A DNA stretch of 63,849 bases, filler included, from Rhabdomonas costata (GCA_019059605.1; 45 parts of 45 records of this genome joined end to end with filler, not necessarily neighbours in it), one strand, 5' to 3'; counted from the whole stretch's first letter, positions 35,284-48,804 are shown. Notes: generated by a model not told the origin, from the letters alone. Translations and numbers: made by a program.

Positions 35284-36950
35284 GCGTGTTTTCCCGTTTG
35301 TTACTCTTTGATTCGGATTATTTCAATTGTTACTTGCCCAGTGATTCGTTGTTACTCACCCCAGGCAGGAGCGAAGACCTGGCGGTAGTATTGCCCACCT
35401 CTGCGAATAGCAGTTGCCCCCCCACACCCNNNNNNNNNNNNNNNNNNNNNNNNNNNNNNNNNNNNNNNNNNNNTTAATTAATTAANNNNNNNNNNNNNNN
35501 NNNNNNNNNNNNNNNNNNNNNNNNNNNNNGGGTTGTGTGTGAGAGTCGAACCAGGAGGAACGCAGAGAAGCGGAGTGACGACAGAAGAAGGATGGGGCAG
35601 AAACAGGGCAGCACCCTGGGAGGGGGGTACCGTACAGCCACAGCGGGGACGCCGCGGAGTGGCTGTGCAGGAACGAGCTGCTGGAACCCTACGACATAAA
35701 AACGGAGAGAGAGAAAGGACGGGGGATCACAGCTCAACAAGGGAAGGCGAAAAATCCGCATGACCTGGTCACATTTTGCCACATAGAACGTCATCCATTG
35801 GGCTTCTGACGTGATGGGCTCTGTGTTGGTGGTCATCGCATTTTCCAAAGGAACGCAATCGTTTTATCTCAGCTGCCATCGACAACCGATATTATACCTC
35901 TAGCTCTTCGTGTGTGATTACGTGAGCTAGTAGATTTGGCGCTGAAGGTTTCGCAGCTTGGAGCATTCCCACGGTTTTGGGCTCGCCACTTCAATCGTCG
36001 CCAGGAACAAAAAGCACCACCTCCCTTGTACGTCAATGTCAAGAGCACCCGAATTTTGGCTTTCTCCGAAAACTTCCGTTTTGCCCGAGGACAAAGAATG
36101 AGCAACCACAGGCACGAATGCGCAGGTGTGAGAGATACCCAAAAAGCGGGGACGGGCAAACGTCAGTTTTGTGGGCCTTTGGGGTTCATCCACGGACGTG
36201 GGCGTGCGAAGGACGATACGTGAACGACAACTGCATCATACCTCAGATAGCGGCGCAGAAGATTCCTCCGTGGGGTCAAGCTCGGCAACAGTGGTCGTCT
36301 CCGCAAGAGCAGCTTGGAGAAGAGCGAAAGAATGAAGACGTTAAGCGGACGCCACTGTGCTACAACAGAGTTCACGTCACAGAAACCAATGGCGTTACCC
36401 ATATTATGAAAAGACACGCTCCACGGACGTGAAGTGGAGTGCATGCCTCTATGTACGTGCATATATTGTGTCTGTGTCGTGTCGTCTACAGCTCCTTTCA
36501 ATCTCACCGCAAACCAACTTCATCCAATGGCATTCCTCAATTCGGTTTAAAAGCCATAAAAAATCGATTACCTTCATCCCAATCGCTGTTTTTTTACAAC
36601 ACAGGTGTCGAGCACCCGCCACCGCCCCGCAAAGGCTCAACATTGGTAGGAATGCTGTCATGCAACGAAATCGGCTCGAGTATTCACGGTGAACCACGCT
36701 GGTCTTCCTCTGGTCGGCTGGTGAAGGCACATCTGGCCCCACCTTGTGAACGTGGGTGGGTCAATAAGTGCCTCAGCGCGTATCACTGACCGGGAGTCTT
36801 GTTCAGAAGCGAAAGTTGAGATGCCCATTGAGAAGGGTCACCCCCACCCCNNNNNNNNNNNNNNNNNNNNNNNNNNNNNNNNNNNNNNNNNNNNTTAATT
36901 AATTAANNNNNNNNNNNNNNNNNNNNNNNNNNNNNNNNNNNNNNNNNNNN

Positions 36951-37432
36951 TTTTTGTGGGAGCCATCCCGGACATCGGTGATGCCCGCGTACCCACGCTG
37001 TGAGAACAGCACATACATATTCGTATCCATACACAAAGCGAGAGATGACAAAGGATTGTTTTTCTCACATCATCCACCCACCCCATTGACGGCAGCAAAC
37101 AGTGCGGAGATAATTCATGGTAGGTGGGTGTCAGGGCAACGATCGGGTAAATCCGGGTTAGCTTGTCTCGGCTCTGACCATACTACACGGTGTGAATGAA
37201 GGGTGAAGACAAAGGAGAGCTGCTCAAAGCTGACAATTCTGCAAAGAGGGCCACGATGGCACGGCACGGGCTGAGACACAATGGCTGGCAAGAAGAGTCG
37301 GAGGAGGCGAAGGTGAGGGAATACACCAACCTCGACTCGGGCCCATTTCTGGCAGGCCTGGAAGAACTCCCAACCCCACTCCTGGTACATCTTCTTTCCA
37401 GTGATCCGGTAGAGGTAAAAGTAAGTCTCCAC
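36951..37432 (-). CDS. Glycoside hydrolase family 47 alpha-1,2-mannosidase, exons 37432-37331 and 36997-36951
   Basis: VETYFYLYRITGKKMYQEWGWEFFQA...RVE|RGYAGITDV is the conserved GH47 C-terminal segment. Phase-0 GT-AG intron. Confidence 0.9.
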
Positions 37433-39261
37433 CTGCGGAACAAGCAACGGGAATGCTCCCTCCATAAGACAACTTGCCTGCAGCCGGTCTCCACGGGCTC
37501 ACTTCCACATCCTTTCTCACAGTCAATCAGACGTTCAGCACACAGCACACGCCACTGATATTGGGTGGGGTAGACGCCTCCCAGCGCATTTCGAGCACTC
37601 GGTCTCCTGTATATGGATAAGCTAGCTGCCAAGCCCACTCCAGTCTGGCCTTATCTATCCGCCATCCCAGTTTTGGCCCGTAGGACGCCAAGGTGGCCTC
37701 AGTGGCACGCCGCTTGTGTTTGCAGAGTGGACAGCAAACGTCACGGCCTCAATTAGGGGAAAATATCTCAAATTATTCGATTTAAAAAATCAGTCGTATC
37801 TGTCTCACTCTTCCATACCCACCAAAGCTACCTCCAAAGCTTCCTTTCCTCAACAAAGGCGGGCTAGGTTGAGTGGAGACGCATAAGCAGAATTTCCTCC
37901 TCGAAAAACAAAAGCCTGGGTACGCGGTACTGCTCAAGAGAGGCCCAAGCAATCAGAACGGACCGTCTCTGGGCGGAGAATCCACTTTGCGTCGGAAACG
38001 GTGTATGGGGTGGGGTCCAGGGCCCCGGGAAGGTTCCAGTGAACCTGCGGCAATGCAAAGAGGGTTACAAACAAATGCTTCCGCTACGAGAGGACCTGAA
38101 ACAACTGAAAACTACAAACCAAGTCAAAACGGGCGCACGTGCTGCACGGCCATCAAGGAAGATGGAGGCTAGGACGCCCCTCTCCCCGTTTCCCATCTGC
38201 CCATTAACACAAGGCATATTTTGATGGGGCTTCCGATTCAAGAAGAGCCAACAAAACCAAACACACCACACNNNNNNNNNNNNNNNNNNNNNNNNNNNNN
38301 NNNNNNNNNNNNNNNTTAATTAATTAANNNNNNNNNNNNNNNNNNNNNNNNNNNNNNNNNNNNNNNNNNNNCCGTACGAAATCGCGCAGCTCTGGGCTGG
38401 GGTTAAGGTCGTGGCGGTCGGGGTACAGCGAGCGGATCTGCGGAGGAAAATCAGACCGAGCCTGGGTCCAGTTTTGCTTGTACCGTACTCGTCCTTCATT
38501 TCCTTTGAAAGAATTTCAGGCTACCATGTAATTGTCTGAGCAGGTCAAACCGCGATACATGAATTTCTGTTTCTGCCAATCGGGGGGGTCAATCCTCGGG
38601 GGTCAGGCTAGCTGGGGTTTCATGTCAGTGGCAAACCTGCCCGATGCCCCGCCCCGTGCGCCCCAATAGCAGTCATTTTTCAGGCCGGTGTCTATGTAAT
38701 TTACACTTACCTTAGGAAGCAGCATGTCAAAGTTCACCACAGCCTCGTTTTCAGCCAGAAGCCTGTTGAAGTGCATAATCAAAAAAGAGCGAGACCGAAA
38801 GCTCGCAGATCACACCCGATTTGATGCACAAGAGCGAGACATTATCTACCATGCAGCAGCCATGGCGGGGAAACACACAGCAGTCCCCATGCAGCACCAC
38901 GCTTCGTAATATTTGTCAACACGAACAAAAGAGGGGGTCGAACCAAAGGGTGTTTTTTGTTTTGGGGGGGTGGGGCACACACATAGAGACTTGAATGGGG
39001 GGAATTGATTAGCATCCCTTCGCGAAGTCAAAAAGGGGAAACGATTCGGGTCCCCCTGGGTTTCACGACTTGGACTTTCTTTCCTCTTCTAATCTCTAAA
39101 CCGAAGCATTCCGGACAACATTCCGGTGCCAGCACGAAGTACTCCTGAGCTCTACCCTTAGGTATGTTACGCAGGCCCGGCCGAAAGCTTAGGCTCAGTA
39201 TGCAGGCCTGCAAAGGTCAAAAAAGTGCACCCCGGGCTCTTGAAATGATAAGTCGAGAACG

Positions 39262-39490
39262 CCCTTAAAAGGGCCAAAATGGGACCTCAATGGGGCCATA
39301 TTTTGGCGTAGAGAAGGAGTCGGAGGCCGAGAACCGGCCAACTAACTCATCTCAGGAGTACTAAGCCCCAACCTGTCACTCTAGCTCGAGTTCTGAGGTC
39401 AATGTTAGGTCTCTGGTTCAGTCCGGGAGTGACCATGGCGTATGCCACCCAGCGAATAGGGTGAGGTTTTGGGCCGAAGCAAGTGTTCCA
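39262..39490 (+). repeat. Interspersed repeat, copy 2 (related to 320-547)
   Basis: Colinear shared blocks with the reverse complement of 320-547. Confidence 0.75.
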
Positions 39491-39604
39491 ACCCCCCCCC
39501 CATTTCAAATGAGGCCCTCGACGATTGGTTAGGTTCCCGAGCTGAAGAGGCTAGAGAGGCACACCCGGCAGAATCCCCAGAACAGCGATAAGAGAAAAAA
39601 CTAT

Positions 39605-39692
39605 ACACCAACACCAACACCAACACCAACACCAACACCAACACCAACACCAACACCAACACCAACACCAACACCAACACCAACGCTAACAC
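39605..39692 (+). repeat. (ACCAAC)n hexamer microsatellite, about 13 copies
   Basis: Directly visible at the contig end. Confidence 0.95.
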
Positions 39693-40042
39693 NNNNNNNN
39701 NNNNNNNNNNNNNNNNNNNNNNNNNNNNNNNNNNNNTTAATTAATTAANNNNNNNNNNNNNNNNNNNNNNNNNNNNNNNNNNNNNNNNNNNNGTGGTTTT
39801 GGCGAAAAGTGGATTCCTCTTAAGATGCTGTTCAGTTGTTGTCCGGAGTTGTCAGCTGCTGGCAAAAGCGTGTCTTCACGAATATACTGCCCCTATTGGT
39901 TTTGATAATAAGACTAGCTCGCCGCGGGAGTGCGGGGACATTCTGCAGACCATTTGCTTCTTCGGGCCTTGTTTTACGGATTGACGCACTTTGGTTGGTC
40001 GGGGGGTGGGGTAATTCTCTCTGTGCACTGCGGGGCTCCTAG

Positions 40043-41113
40043 GTCACCCTCTATGTCGGGGCTACGGACCTCACGGGGTCCATCAACCCCTTGCAGAAGG
40101 TCGTTGACGCTGACGGGGACCAGCTTTTCATTTCTTCCGTGGAGTGGGATGGCAGCTCTCAGGTTGAGTACCCCCTGCCCACACCTACCCTGCCCTCCAA
40201 GGTTGTGAGAGCGAGTGTGGCGAAGTGTGCCAACAAGAGAAAAAAAGGGAAGGGGAGCAAACCATAGGTGAGATACCCGACGCACCGGATGTCTGTTTTT
40301 ATGTGCAAACCTGTGGCTTCCCTGTGGCCCCGCAGCGAAACGGGGTACCTTACGTCAGGCGGTATTGCGGTGGATGTGCGTCCAATCTTTCAAGGACGCG
40401 TTTTGGGATTTTGTGAGTTGGCAGTCCGTTCCCGCTCCTATGAGACCGGATATTGTGTTAGAAGCCGTTTCGCCTGCTCTTCAAAAAGACTACTTTGCAA
40501 CGTGTGTTTCTTCCTCTCACACGCAGGGCATCACGGTGGCGATCCTGGGGGGGAAGCTGCTGGTGTTCCAGTTCCCATCTAACTTCACTGGGTACAACCG
40601 AGCCCTGTACTACATTGCCAATGACACGGTGGCGCAGTCCAACAAGGCCCTGGTAGCGCTGTGCCGGGGCTGTGCTGCCCCCACCGCTGTCGACGACAGC
40701 TTCGAGGTGCCCCAGGGCAGCAGCCAGACTCTGGACGTGCTGGCCAATGACATCCAGACAGGTCTATGGGACTACTCTCCCTCTTTCCTTTTTTTTGACT
40801 TTTCCTTGCATAATTGAAAGACAATGCACTTACGCTGTTTATTTTTCTTCGAACTTTTTCGATGTTTTGCTGTTTGCGTCTCAAATTCTCATTTTTGAAT
40901 TGAAGTGCGCCATATTTACTATTGCACTCGCCATTGATATTCATACCCTGTATCGTGACACTCGGAACAGAACAGTCCGGCACTAAAAGCCCAAGAGTTT
41001 TAGGACCGCCATGTATTCGACAGCTCTTTGCTTTTGCATGGGCAGATGGCAGTGTGCTGACCATTTCTGCGGTGTCGCCCACTTCGGCGGGGGCCGTTGT
41101 CACCACGGATGGC
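40043..41113 (+). CDS. Bacterial Ig-like/cadherin-like (Big_9-type) repeat protein, exons 40043-40162, 40527-40761, 41046-41113
   Basis: VVDADGDQLFISSV and APTAVDDSFEVPQGSSQTLDVLANDIQT|DGSVLTISAV match the P.AVDD....LDVLAND.D.DG..LTI repeat. Introns splice in frame. Confidence 0.8.
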
Positions 41114-41247
41114 NNNNNNNNNNNNNNNNNNNNNNNNNNNNNNNNNNNNNNNNNNNNTTAATTAATTAANNNNNNNNNNNNNNNNNNNNNNNNNNNNNNN
41201 NNNNNNNNNNNNNGGTGGTGGTTTTGGTAAGCCAAAAGGAAAAATAC

Positions 41248-41468
41248 TTCTCGGCCTGGTACAGCAGGCACAGCGAGGATGGGTGCGAGTCCGCCTTGGC
41301 CGAGGGGTGGCACCGCCCCAGCCCCAGCGTAAGCTCCACCCACGCCTTCGGAAGCCACAGCCGCCCATACGCCTTCAGCTCCGGGTCCAGCACAGGGATG
41401 GCCTCACTGCTGGGCTGGAACAGGCTGGAGATCGGAAGCACGGCAGACATGGATCGGAAACGGAGAAG
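41248..41468 (-). CDS. Exon of uncharacterised protein
   Basis: GC3-rich frame SAVLPISSLFQPSSEAIPVLDPELKAYGRLWLPKAWVEL. Boundaries approximate. Confidence 0.45.
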
Positions 41469-42664
41469 CTAACTGGCCTGATTTGGGTGCTACGACAAGT
41501 GAGATAGGTCTCTCTCTCTCGGGTGTTCGGGAGGTATAGAAAACAACACAGGAAAACGATAGTCAAAGGATAGGTCACAAAAGGAGCTTAGAGCTACAAA
41601 CAAGGGAGAAGGCTGCAATGACAATGACAATGACTGAGCCGTTCTCGGGCGTTACCCCAGATTGAATGGGGGATATGCAGATAAACAGAGCACGTGCCGG
41701 GAAGGATAGATATGTATGACAGCACATCAAATACTTATAAACTTCCTACTTAAGAGAGGAAAAGTAGGAAGTTTATAAATTGAACTTTGCGCCCCACCAG
41801 GTTTCGAGTACCCCAATCCCACGCCCACTGGCGCAGATCACGTGAACAAGATCAGAATCCTGAATACTGATACCACACAAAAGTTCCTGGTGTGCCCAGG
41901 GCTTTACCAGCTGAGCTGTTAAAGAAGGCGGCGCTCCTTAAGAATTCTTGAACAGGAAGAGGGGAGGCCCTCTTGTATAGCGTGGACCTGGAGAACTCGC
42001 TGTTCCGCCGCTGGTTGGCGGATGCACCAGTTGGGGGAGGGCCGGACAGTGATTTTTTATCGTTGGTTGGACTATTGGAATGAGACCAAGCAATGGGCGG
42101 ACCTAATTTTTGCTTTTTTGAGCATAGTACATGTACATGGACGCATACGTCTGAGCTTGGGGCACATAAGTGGGTGCTGCCTTTTGAAGCCATAATGCGT
42201 GAACGAAAGAAGCCAATAAATGCTACCGTCTACCTCTGTCCCCCACGCGACCCACTTCAGCCACGCCAGGCACTTTATTTCGGTGACTCCAATCACTAGG
42301 CGACAACTACAGCATGGTCGCTCCTCGACCGCATTGGAAAGCACATGCAATTAAAGAAAGATCAACGAGAAATCATCAACGACAAAAATGGCACATCTAC
42401 GAACGGCGGGTTTCCTCACCGTACGTGAGAGACGGACAATGAGAGAGAGACGGAAACTCGAAAAGAAACCTCTAACGCCACCATCTCACGTCCCTCAACC
42501 CGTCCCATCGCTCCAGGAAACAGAACAAACAACANNNNNNNNNNNNNNNNNNNNNNNNNNNNNNNNNNNNNNNNNNNNTTAATTAATTAANNNNNNNNNN
42601 NNNNNNNNNNNNNNNNNNNNNNNNNNNNNNNNNNGGGGTGGTGTTGAAAAAAAAGTTCCACACT

Positions 42665-42779
42665 TGCCACAGAAGGTGTGCTCGCAAGAGGTCACCACGG
42701 CGTCGTGGATCAGCTCCAGGCAAATCGGGCATTCAAAGTGGGCCAGAATGGCCACCGCGACGTGGTCCAACGTGTTCAT
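42665..42779 (-). CDS. First exon of C3HC4 RING-finger protein
   Basis: FECPICLELIHDAVVTSCEHTFCGK, with donor GTGTGG. Confidence 0.85.
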
Positions 42780-45476
42780 GAAACTTCGAGCGGGGTTAAC
42801 AGCGAAGAATTAAACAGTGCACAGGGTCCAAATCCTCGTAAAGGGCAGCGGAAGGAGGTGCCGCCCAGAAGGCAGGGATGAGGTGGCTGAGGTGGCTGAG
42901 AGTGCGAGGTGCTCGAAAAATTTACAGGCTATTTTTTGAACGGGGAAATAAAGAAATAAAGGGGTTGAATAGGGGGACTACAGAGCGATGCTGCCCCACC
43001 CCCAAAAAAATGGCATCAAGGGAGGAATGGCACATAACATCACTGAGAGCCTGTATGGCTGTCAACAATTCTTCACCGAGCTGAACGAATGTCCACTCGA
43101 AAACCCAACGTGCGACTTTGAGGAGGCTTTTAGGAGCGATTCCCACCACAGGAACCTAAAACCGATCCAATACAGTGTTCAAGAATGCTCAAAAGATCGT
43201 CAGCGACTCATCCAACGTCCAAAGACATAAGTCCACTCACGGACGTCCTCTAACCCTGCGGGAATATTCGGCTTCAGGACCGTGCATCACGCTGACCCCC
43301 TGTACCCTTAAGTTTGCCCGATAAGTAACTCCTCGGAGGATCATTAAGACATTATCACCATTTCAGTTCTCTTCCAAGAGGTCGACACAGAGTAATTCTG
43401 GAAACGACAATTCGACAAGAGACGGGTGGGTCAGTAAACTGTCCTATTTTGAATTTACGTCGGTCATCTGGCGATATAGAGGGATTTTCATCACGAACAT
43501 CCGAAAAACGAAATCGGAGGAACACAAACAAAATCACAGTGCGATGGGGTGCTTTGGCAACCTAAGGCACACAATTGCACAGGGCATGCACAACGAAAAG
43601 CCAGAACGCAGAACCCGTGTGAAGGAAGACTGCCTCTGAAGAAAAGACACGTGGGACGGTCAAAAACAGAAGTGAAAAGAAGGCGGCTCATCCTTTCAGC
43701 GCGGAGCTGAAGTGCCCACATACAACGAGTGTGTGTGCGTGCGTATGAGTCTGAATGAAAAAAAAAGTGAGTCAAATACCCTTGAGGCGGCACGGCCCAA
43801 AGAGAGACTTGGCGTTCAAGGTACAAACCTCGAGAGCTCTTCCGGCAGCTCCAACGTAGCCCAAACAAAAACAAAGTCCAAGATACCTTCTTCTTAACAC
43901 TCCGGTACTATGTCTATGAAGAAAAAAAGAAAACTGCAAACTGTCACCAACTCAGNNNNNNNNNNNNNNNNNNNNNNNNNNNNNNNNNNNNNNNNNNNNT
44001 TAATTAATTAANNNNNNNNNNNNNNNNNNNNNNNNNNNNNNNNNNNNNNNNNNNNGTTGGTGGTTTAGTGCACGCACCAGTGTCCGGGTTGCTCCTGCGA
44101 TGAGGCTGTTGTTGTTGGGTGTTCAGGCATGACTGGGTGGAGGTCTTGAACCGCCTCCTTGGCAGCCGAAGCGGGTACAATACTGTGTACGAGAGTTAGG
44201 GTTCTCTTCCAAATCTGCCACTCCCTCCTTCGATCGAAGCCTGGGTTTTTTACAATTCCTGCTGGTCCGATAATCGGTAAAGGGCTTTGCAAGTGTGAAT
44301 ATATCCGTGTGACTGTGGTGTTCTGCAGAGCCACGGGTAACGTGCTTCTTTCGGAGTGTCCGTTGATTTCTGACGGCATTGCGTCCAGCCCTTGAGAAGC
44401 CAAGAGTTCACACCGACACCGACACCGAGGTGACGCTTCTCAGTTGGTCAGTTGGGAGCCAAAAAGCACCGCCCACGGGCCCTTCGAGCGTTTGTCGAAA
44501 CGCTACTCAAAGTGAACGCCCCGGAATACCCTATTGGGGGGATGAGCGTGTGCCTGAACGCGACGTTTCGCTGAGCTCAAAAGTGAGGACTCTGGGTTAC
44601 ATTCAATTATCTTGTTTTGTTTGGTTGCATCAAAACAATCCACTGTCCACTACACCGTCACCGCCGCAACCCTCTGGGGGGTCACCTTGACGTTGGCGTG
44701 ATGCAGCCGCAAGTGTGGATCTCCTCGGGACTTCTCGGGTCTGGAAGGCTTGACTCTGTCCTCTTTGTTTGAGGGCATGCACGCGTTTCCCAGTTCCCAG
44801 TGCTCCCCATTCTCTGAGATCCCTGAGAATGGAACACTGTCATGAGGCAACAAAATTCTTTTTGGATGTTGCATACCTTTCGCTCTTCCCCACTCCCCAG
44901 CATGCTGGATGCGATGAGCTTCTCCGACGCCTTCTCACCCATCTGCTGGGCAAGAGTTGGGCCGAATCTGAGCGAGTACCACACCACCCCTCCCCTGGAC
45001 AGGTGCGCTTGTGCCTCCTTCTGGGTTTGTGAAGCCGAGGGAAAAAAGGGAGAAGGGAATGCCGAGAAAGGAATGCTTTGAGAATCGTCTGCGTCGCTAC
45101 CTGAGATAACAGTCACCCTCCCCCACGCCCCCTTTCCCGTGCCTATTTGGTTCAAACCATAGCATGGTGGTCCGATGGAGTACCCTTAGGTTGCAGACCT
45201 GCAAATGTCTACAAGCAGTAAGCAGTTCCCTGTCCAGTAAAAGGTGCGAGAGAGAGAGAGAGAGAGAGCATAATCAGACGTTGAGTTGCAGCCCGAGGCT
45301 GGGAAGCTGCCAGTAAACTGGACGGCACCCACCATGAATGGATCCCAACCGTGAACACTAGGTTTTCCAACACAACNNNNNNNNNNNNNNNNNNNNNNNN
45401 NNNNNNNNNNNNNNNNNNNNTTAATTAATTAANNNNNNNNNNNNNNNNNNNNNNNNNNNNNNNNNNNNNNNNNNNN

Positions 45477-45982
45477 GGGTGTTTGTGGTCAACAATCGCC
45501 ACGATGTGGTCCGCCGGAAGACCGGAAACGACAAAAAGTGGTACAGCGCCCGCCTCACCGCTGTGCTCGCCGTGGGCCAGCCCCGCCCCACCGTTGTCAC
45601 CTTTGAGGTGGTGGAGTACGGCGACTACCTCTCCTTCGGTTTGGCCCCTGCGAGCTCCTGCAGTGACCTCCAGCAGCGCGAGAATCAAGTCCCCGGACGC
45701 AACCCATGGTCCCCTGGGCTGTGCCTACCTTTCGACGGCATGTACCGTATTCACAATGGCGCCGAACTGAGCGAGACGATGTCTCCACTGAAGCCCGGGG
45801 ATCGTGTGCAGCTCATCGTCGACCGCAGCAGCCCCGAGGACCCGACCGGGGGCACCGTGGCCTTCTCCGTCAACGGGGTCACGGTGTGGGGTGGGGCCGA
45901 GGCTCCGCTGCGGCTGGGGTACACGGAGGACGCGGTGGTTGTTATTTCCATGGCCCTACCAAACGCCGTCCGAATCGTGTAG
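45477..45982 (+). CDS. Terminal exon with SPRY/B30.2-like beta-sandwich domain
   Basis: TFEVV...LSFGLA...LKPGDRVQLIVD...TVAFSVNG. Strong GC3 bias. Ends TAG TAA. Confidence 0.7.
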
Positions 45983-46684
45983 TAACAAAGGGAGCAGTGT
46001 TTTTCACACGGTCTGGGAGATGCCCTTTGTATCCTTTTGATACCTTTCGTTGTTCTTCATCTGTGAGAAATTAAGGTATGATGTTTCAGGCTGTTTCTTG
46101 TTTACTCCAATTCTGTTTTCAAATAGTCATCGGTCTTCGTAGTTCCTTTGCACGTCAGCTCTCCGTTAGTTGGCCCAGCATGTACACCACTCGCCCTTCG
46201 TCGGGTCCGACTGGCACAGCAACGCCTGAGCTTTCAAGCAGAAGCCTCTAGGAAAAGCCTCCAGGGCGGTCAAGTTTCAGCCTTAACGTGTACGTTCCAG
46301 TGTGTCTCAATGGTCCCAAGGCCAAATGGGGGCAATGTTGATCCGAAATTGCTGTCTTCGCGGGGATGGTAGGGTGACGGTGGAGTCCTGCATTTGGTTT
46401 AGGCATGGCGGTTCATCAACACCACCCATTTCGCTCATAGACTTTTTAAAAGAGGTTCTTTGTTGGGCACGCCGTCGGTGTGGTCGGTGTGAAGGTGAGA
46501 TGAGCCCCCCCTCATTCTCCTTCGCAGATTTTCCATTCACTGTGACTGTGTACGGCTACGCCGGGATGCTATTTCCAATCCCTCCTCCATGTTGATGCTG
46601 GTGTTACCCTGCGCTCCCTCTCGTGATTTGATTAGTTTTTTGTTTGGGTTGGTGTTCGGTGGGGCTCTTGGGTGGAACTGCGCC

Positions 46685-46794
46685 GTGGTTTTCCCCGCAT
46701 GCCTGCATGTGCATCTGCGATTGTTGCTTTGCATGTCCTTCACTGCAACTGTTCTTATCGTGGACTGCTCATGCAGGCATGCGGGGAAAACCAC
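46685..46794. repeat. Inverted repeat with 25-bp perfect arms
   Basis: gtggttttccccgcatgcctgcatg (46685-46709) pairs with 46770-46794. Confidence 0.9.
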
Positions 46795-48773
46795 AACNNN
46801 NNNNNNNNNNNNNNNNNNNNNNNNNNNNNNNNNNNNNNNNNTTAATTAATTAANNNNNNNNNNNNNNNNNNNNNNNNNNNNNNNNNNNNNNNNNNNNGGG
46901 TGTGGTGGCACAAATCTGCGAAGTCATACCGCATCCATGCCTCTTCATGAGAAACCCAAAAGGCTCATGAAAAGAGGTTCTACCAAGCAAAGCTCACAAA
47001 AGTCGAAGATGAAGAGATGCAATGGGAAGGACCCCAGAACGGCAAGGATTTCCATGCCGCAAACTGCAACAATGCAGAGCAGCAGAAGGGGACAGTCGAA
47101 ATGAGGACGTGGAAAAGTGGGACAGAAGGATCATCTTTCTCAAGCTGTGGAGTGACAGTATATTGTGCAGCCACCCACCTGCACACGAGCACAAGGCGCT
47201 GAGTGGGCCAGGTGGGGGTGGTGCCCTGTCTTTGTCTATAGAATGACTGGGAATGCGCAGTGATGTTGAACACATCCGCTTCGTGTGTTGACAAACAACA
47301 AGAGGAGGAGTGTGTGTGTGTGAGCAACTGGAATAAGGAATGGCGGGCGAAGCAATGGTGGCTGGGCATTCTCTCAAAACAAGCAACACAAACGCACACA
47401 TACACACACATCACTCAAAGCGGAAGCGACACCGTCCGAAGGGGAAAGAGGCTTTCGAATCTTCCCCTCCTTCGAAATGAGCAAGTAGTGATCTAACCCC
47501 CAACAACACAAAGAGGACCGCGAGAATCACAGAAATCACAGCGGGTGCTTGTTATGGGCTCGAGGGTCGCGGTCCACGTCGTGAAGCCGGGAGGAAGAAC
47601 CCAGGCCAGCGGAGTGCGTATACCATTCTCAAAAGGACCTGACCGTGAGCAAGCGCAGAATGAGACACATGGTAAAGTCGCCCTTTTCCGGAACGCCTGA
47701 TTAGCAATGCGCGCATCTCATGAAGATGACCGTTGTCCGCTGGGGAATCTCTGGTCTCCTCTACGGCATATGCAGTGGGGCCTTCAACGCATTGTCGAAG
47801 ATAGGACGACAGTTTGTGCACAAATTAGATACATGCATGCGTGAGAAGGGAAAACATGGGCAGACAAACCTTCACCGTATTCACTACGGCGTTCCGGCGC
47901 CGGGGACTTGGGGAGAACAAGGCCCCTTCCAGCACAACCTTCTCCCCGGGGAACTCCACTGAGGCCAGCCACTGCCGAACTCGCTCCGCACGGGCAGCAT
48001 CCCACTCGAAAGCGCAAGCACTGCTGTCTGCATAATAAAGGGGCCGAAGAACGCCACTACAAATCAGTGTTGGCAGAAACAAGATGAAAATCATCAGAAA
48101 CGCTTCGAAAAGGCTTTACAGACGATTGGTAAGAAGGAAGGTGCAGAAAATACATTCTTGTCATGTATTCTTTCAACAGGGCAGATGACCAAGAGTCGGG
48201 GCTAAACCACACCCCACANNNNNNNNNNNNNNNNNNNNNNNNNNNNNNNNNNNNNNNNNNNNTTAATTAATTAANNNNNNNNNNNNNNNNNNNNNNNNNN
48301 NNNNNNNNNNNNNNNNNNACGGCTCAGGACACGTAGGAGAGTCTTCGAGTGGATAAAAAGACTAGGAACACGTTGGTGTTCGCCGTCGTGAGAAATTTCA
48401 GAGTCATTTTCGTAGAGAGAGTGGTCGATATATGAGATTTGGGTGGAATGGTTGACCAGCTAAAGATTGGAAGTTCAGCGCTTGAGTTGAGAATAGAGGA
48501 GAGTTGTGTTGCTGCAAGAGCAGCGATAAATTCTGTTGGTGAGATGAGACAGAAAAAGCTCAAGAGTTGATGAAGTAGTGGTGCATTTGCAGGAAGTCAC
48601 GGAAGATATATGGGGGGAGCAGTTGAATGGGAAGAAAGTTGAGGACGAAGGAGAAGCAAGAGCAAGAACATCTGACAGAGGCAAGTCGGGAAGAAGCACA
48701 ACCCGAGTATATGACACCATGCCCGGCAGAAAAGCAAAGCGAGAGAGGAAAAGGTGAGAGAAGGCCGAACCGT

Positions 48774-48804
<31 letters not shown>

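Noticed and set aside
39605-39692. Telomeric repeat or LV-repeat protein
   Set aside because: (ACCAAC)n is not TTAGGG-type. The ORF is a by-product of the microsatellite, and its terminal position is explained by K-primer annealing.
48324-48420. LINE endonuclease start motif (MTLKFLTTANTN)
   Set aside because: Too short, followed by a stop, and no other APE or RT motifs.
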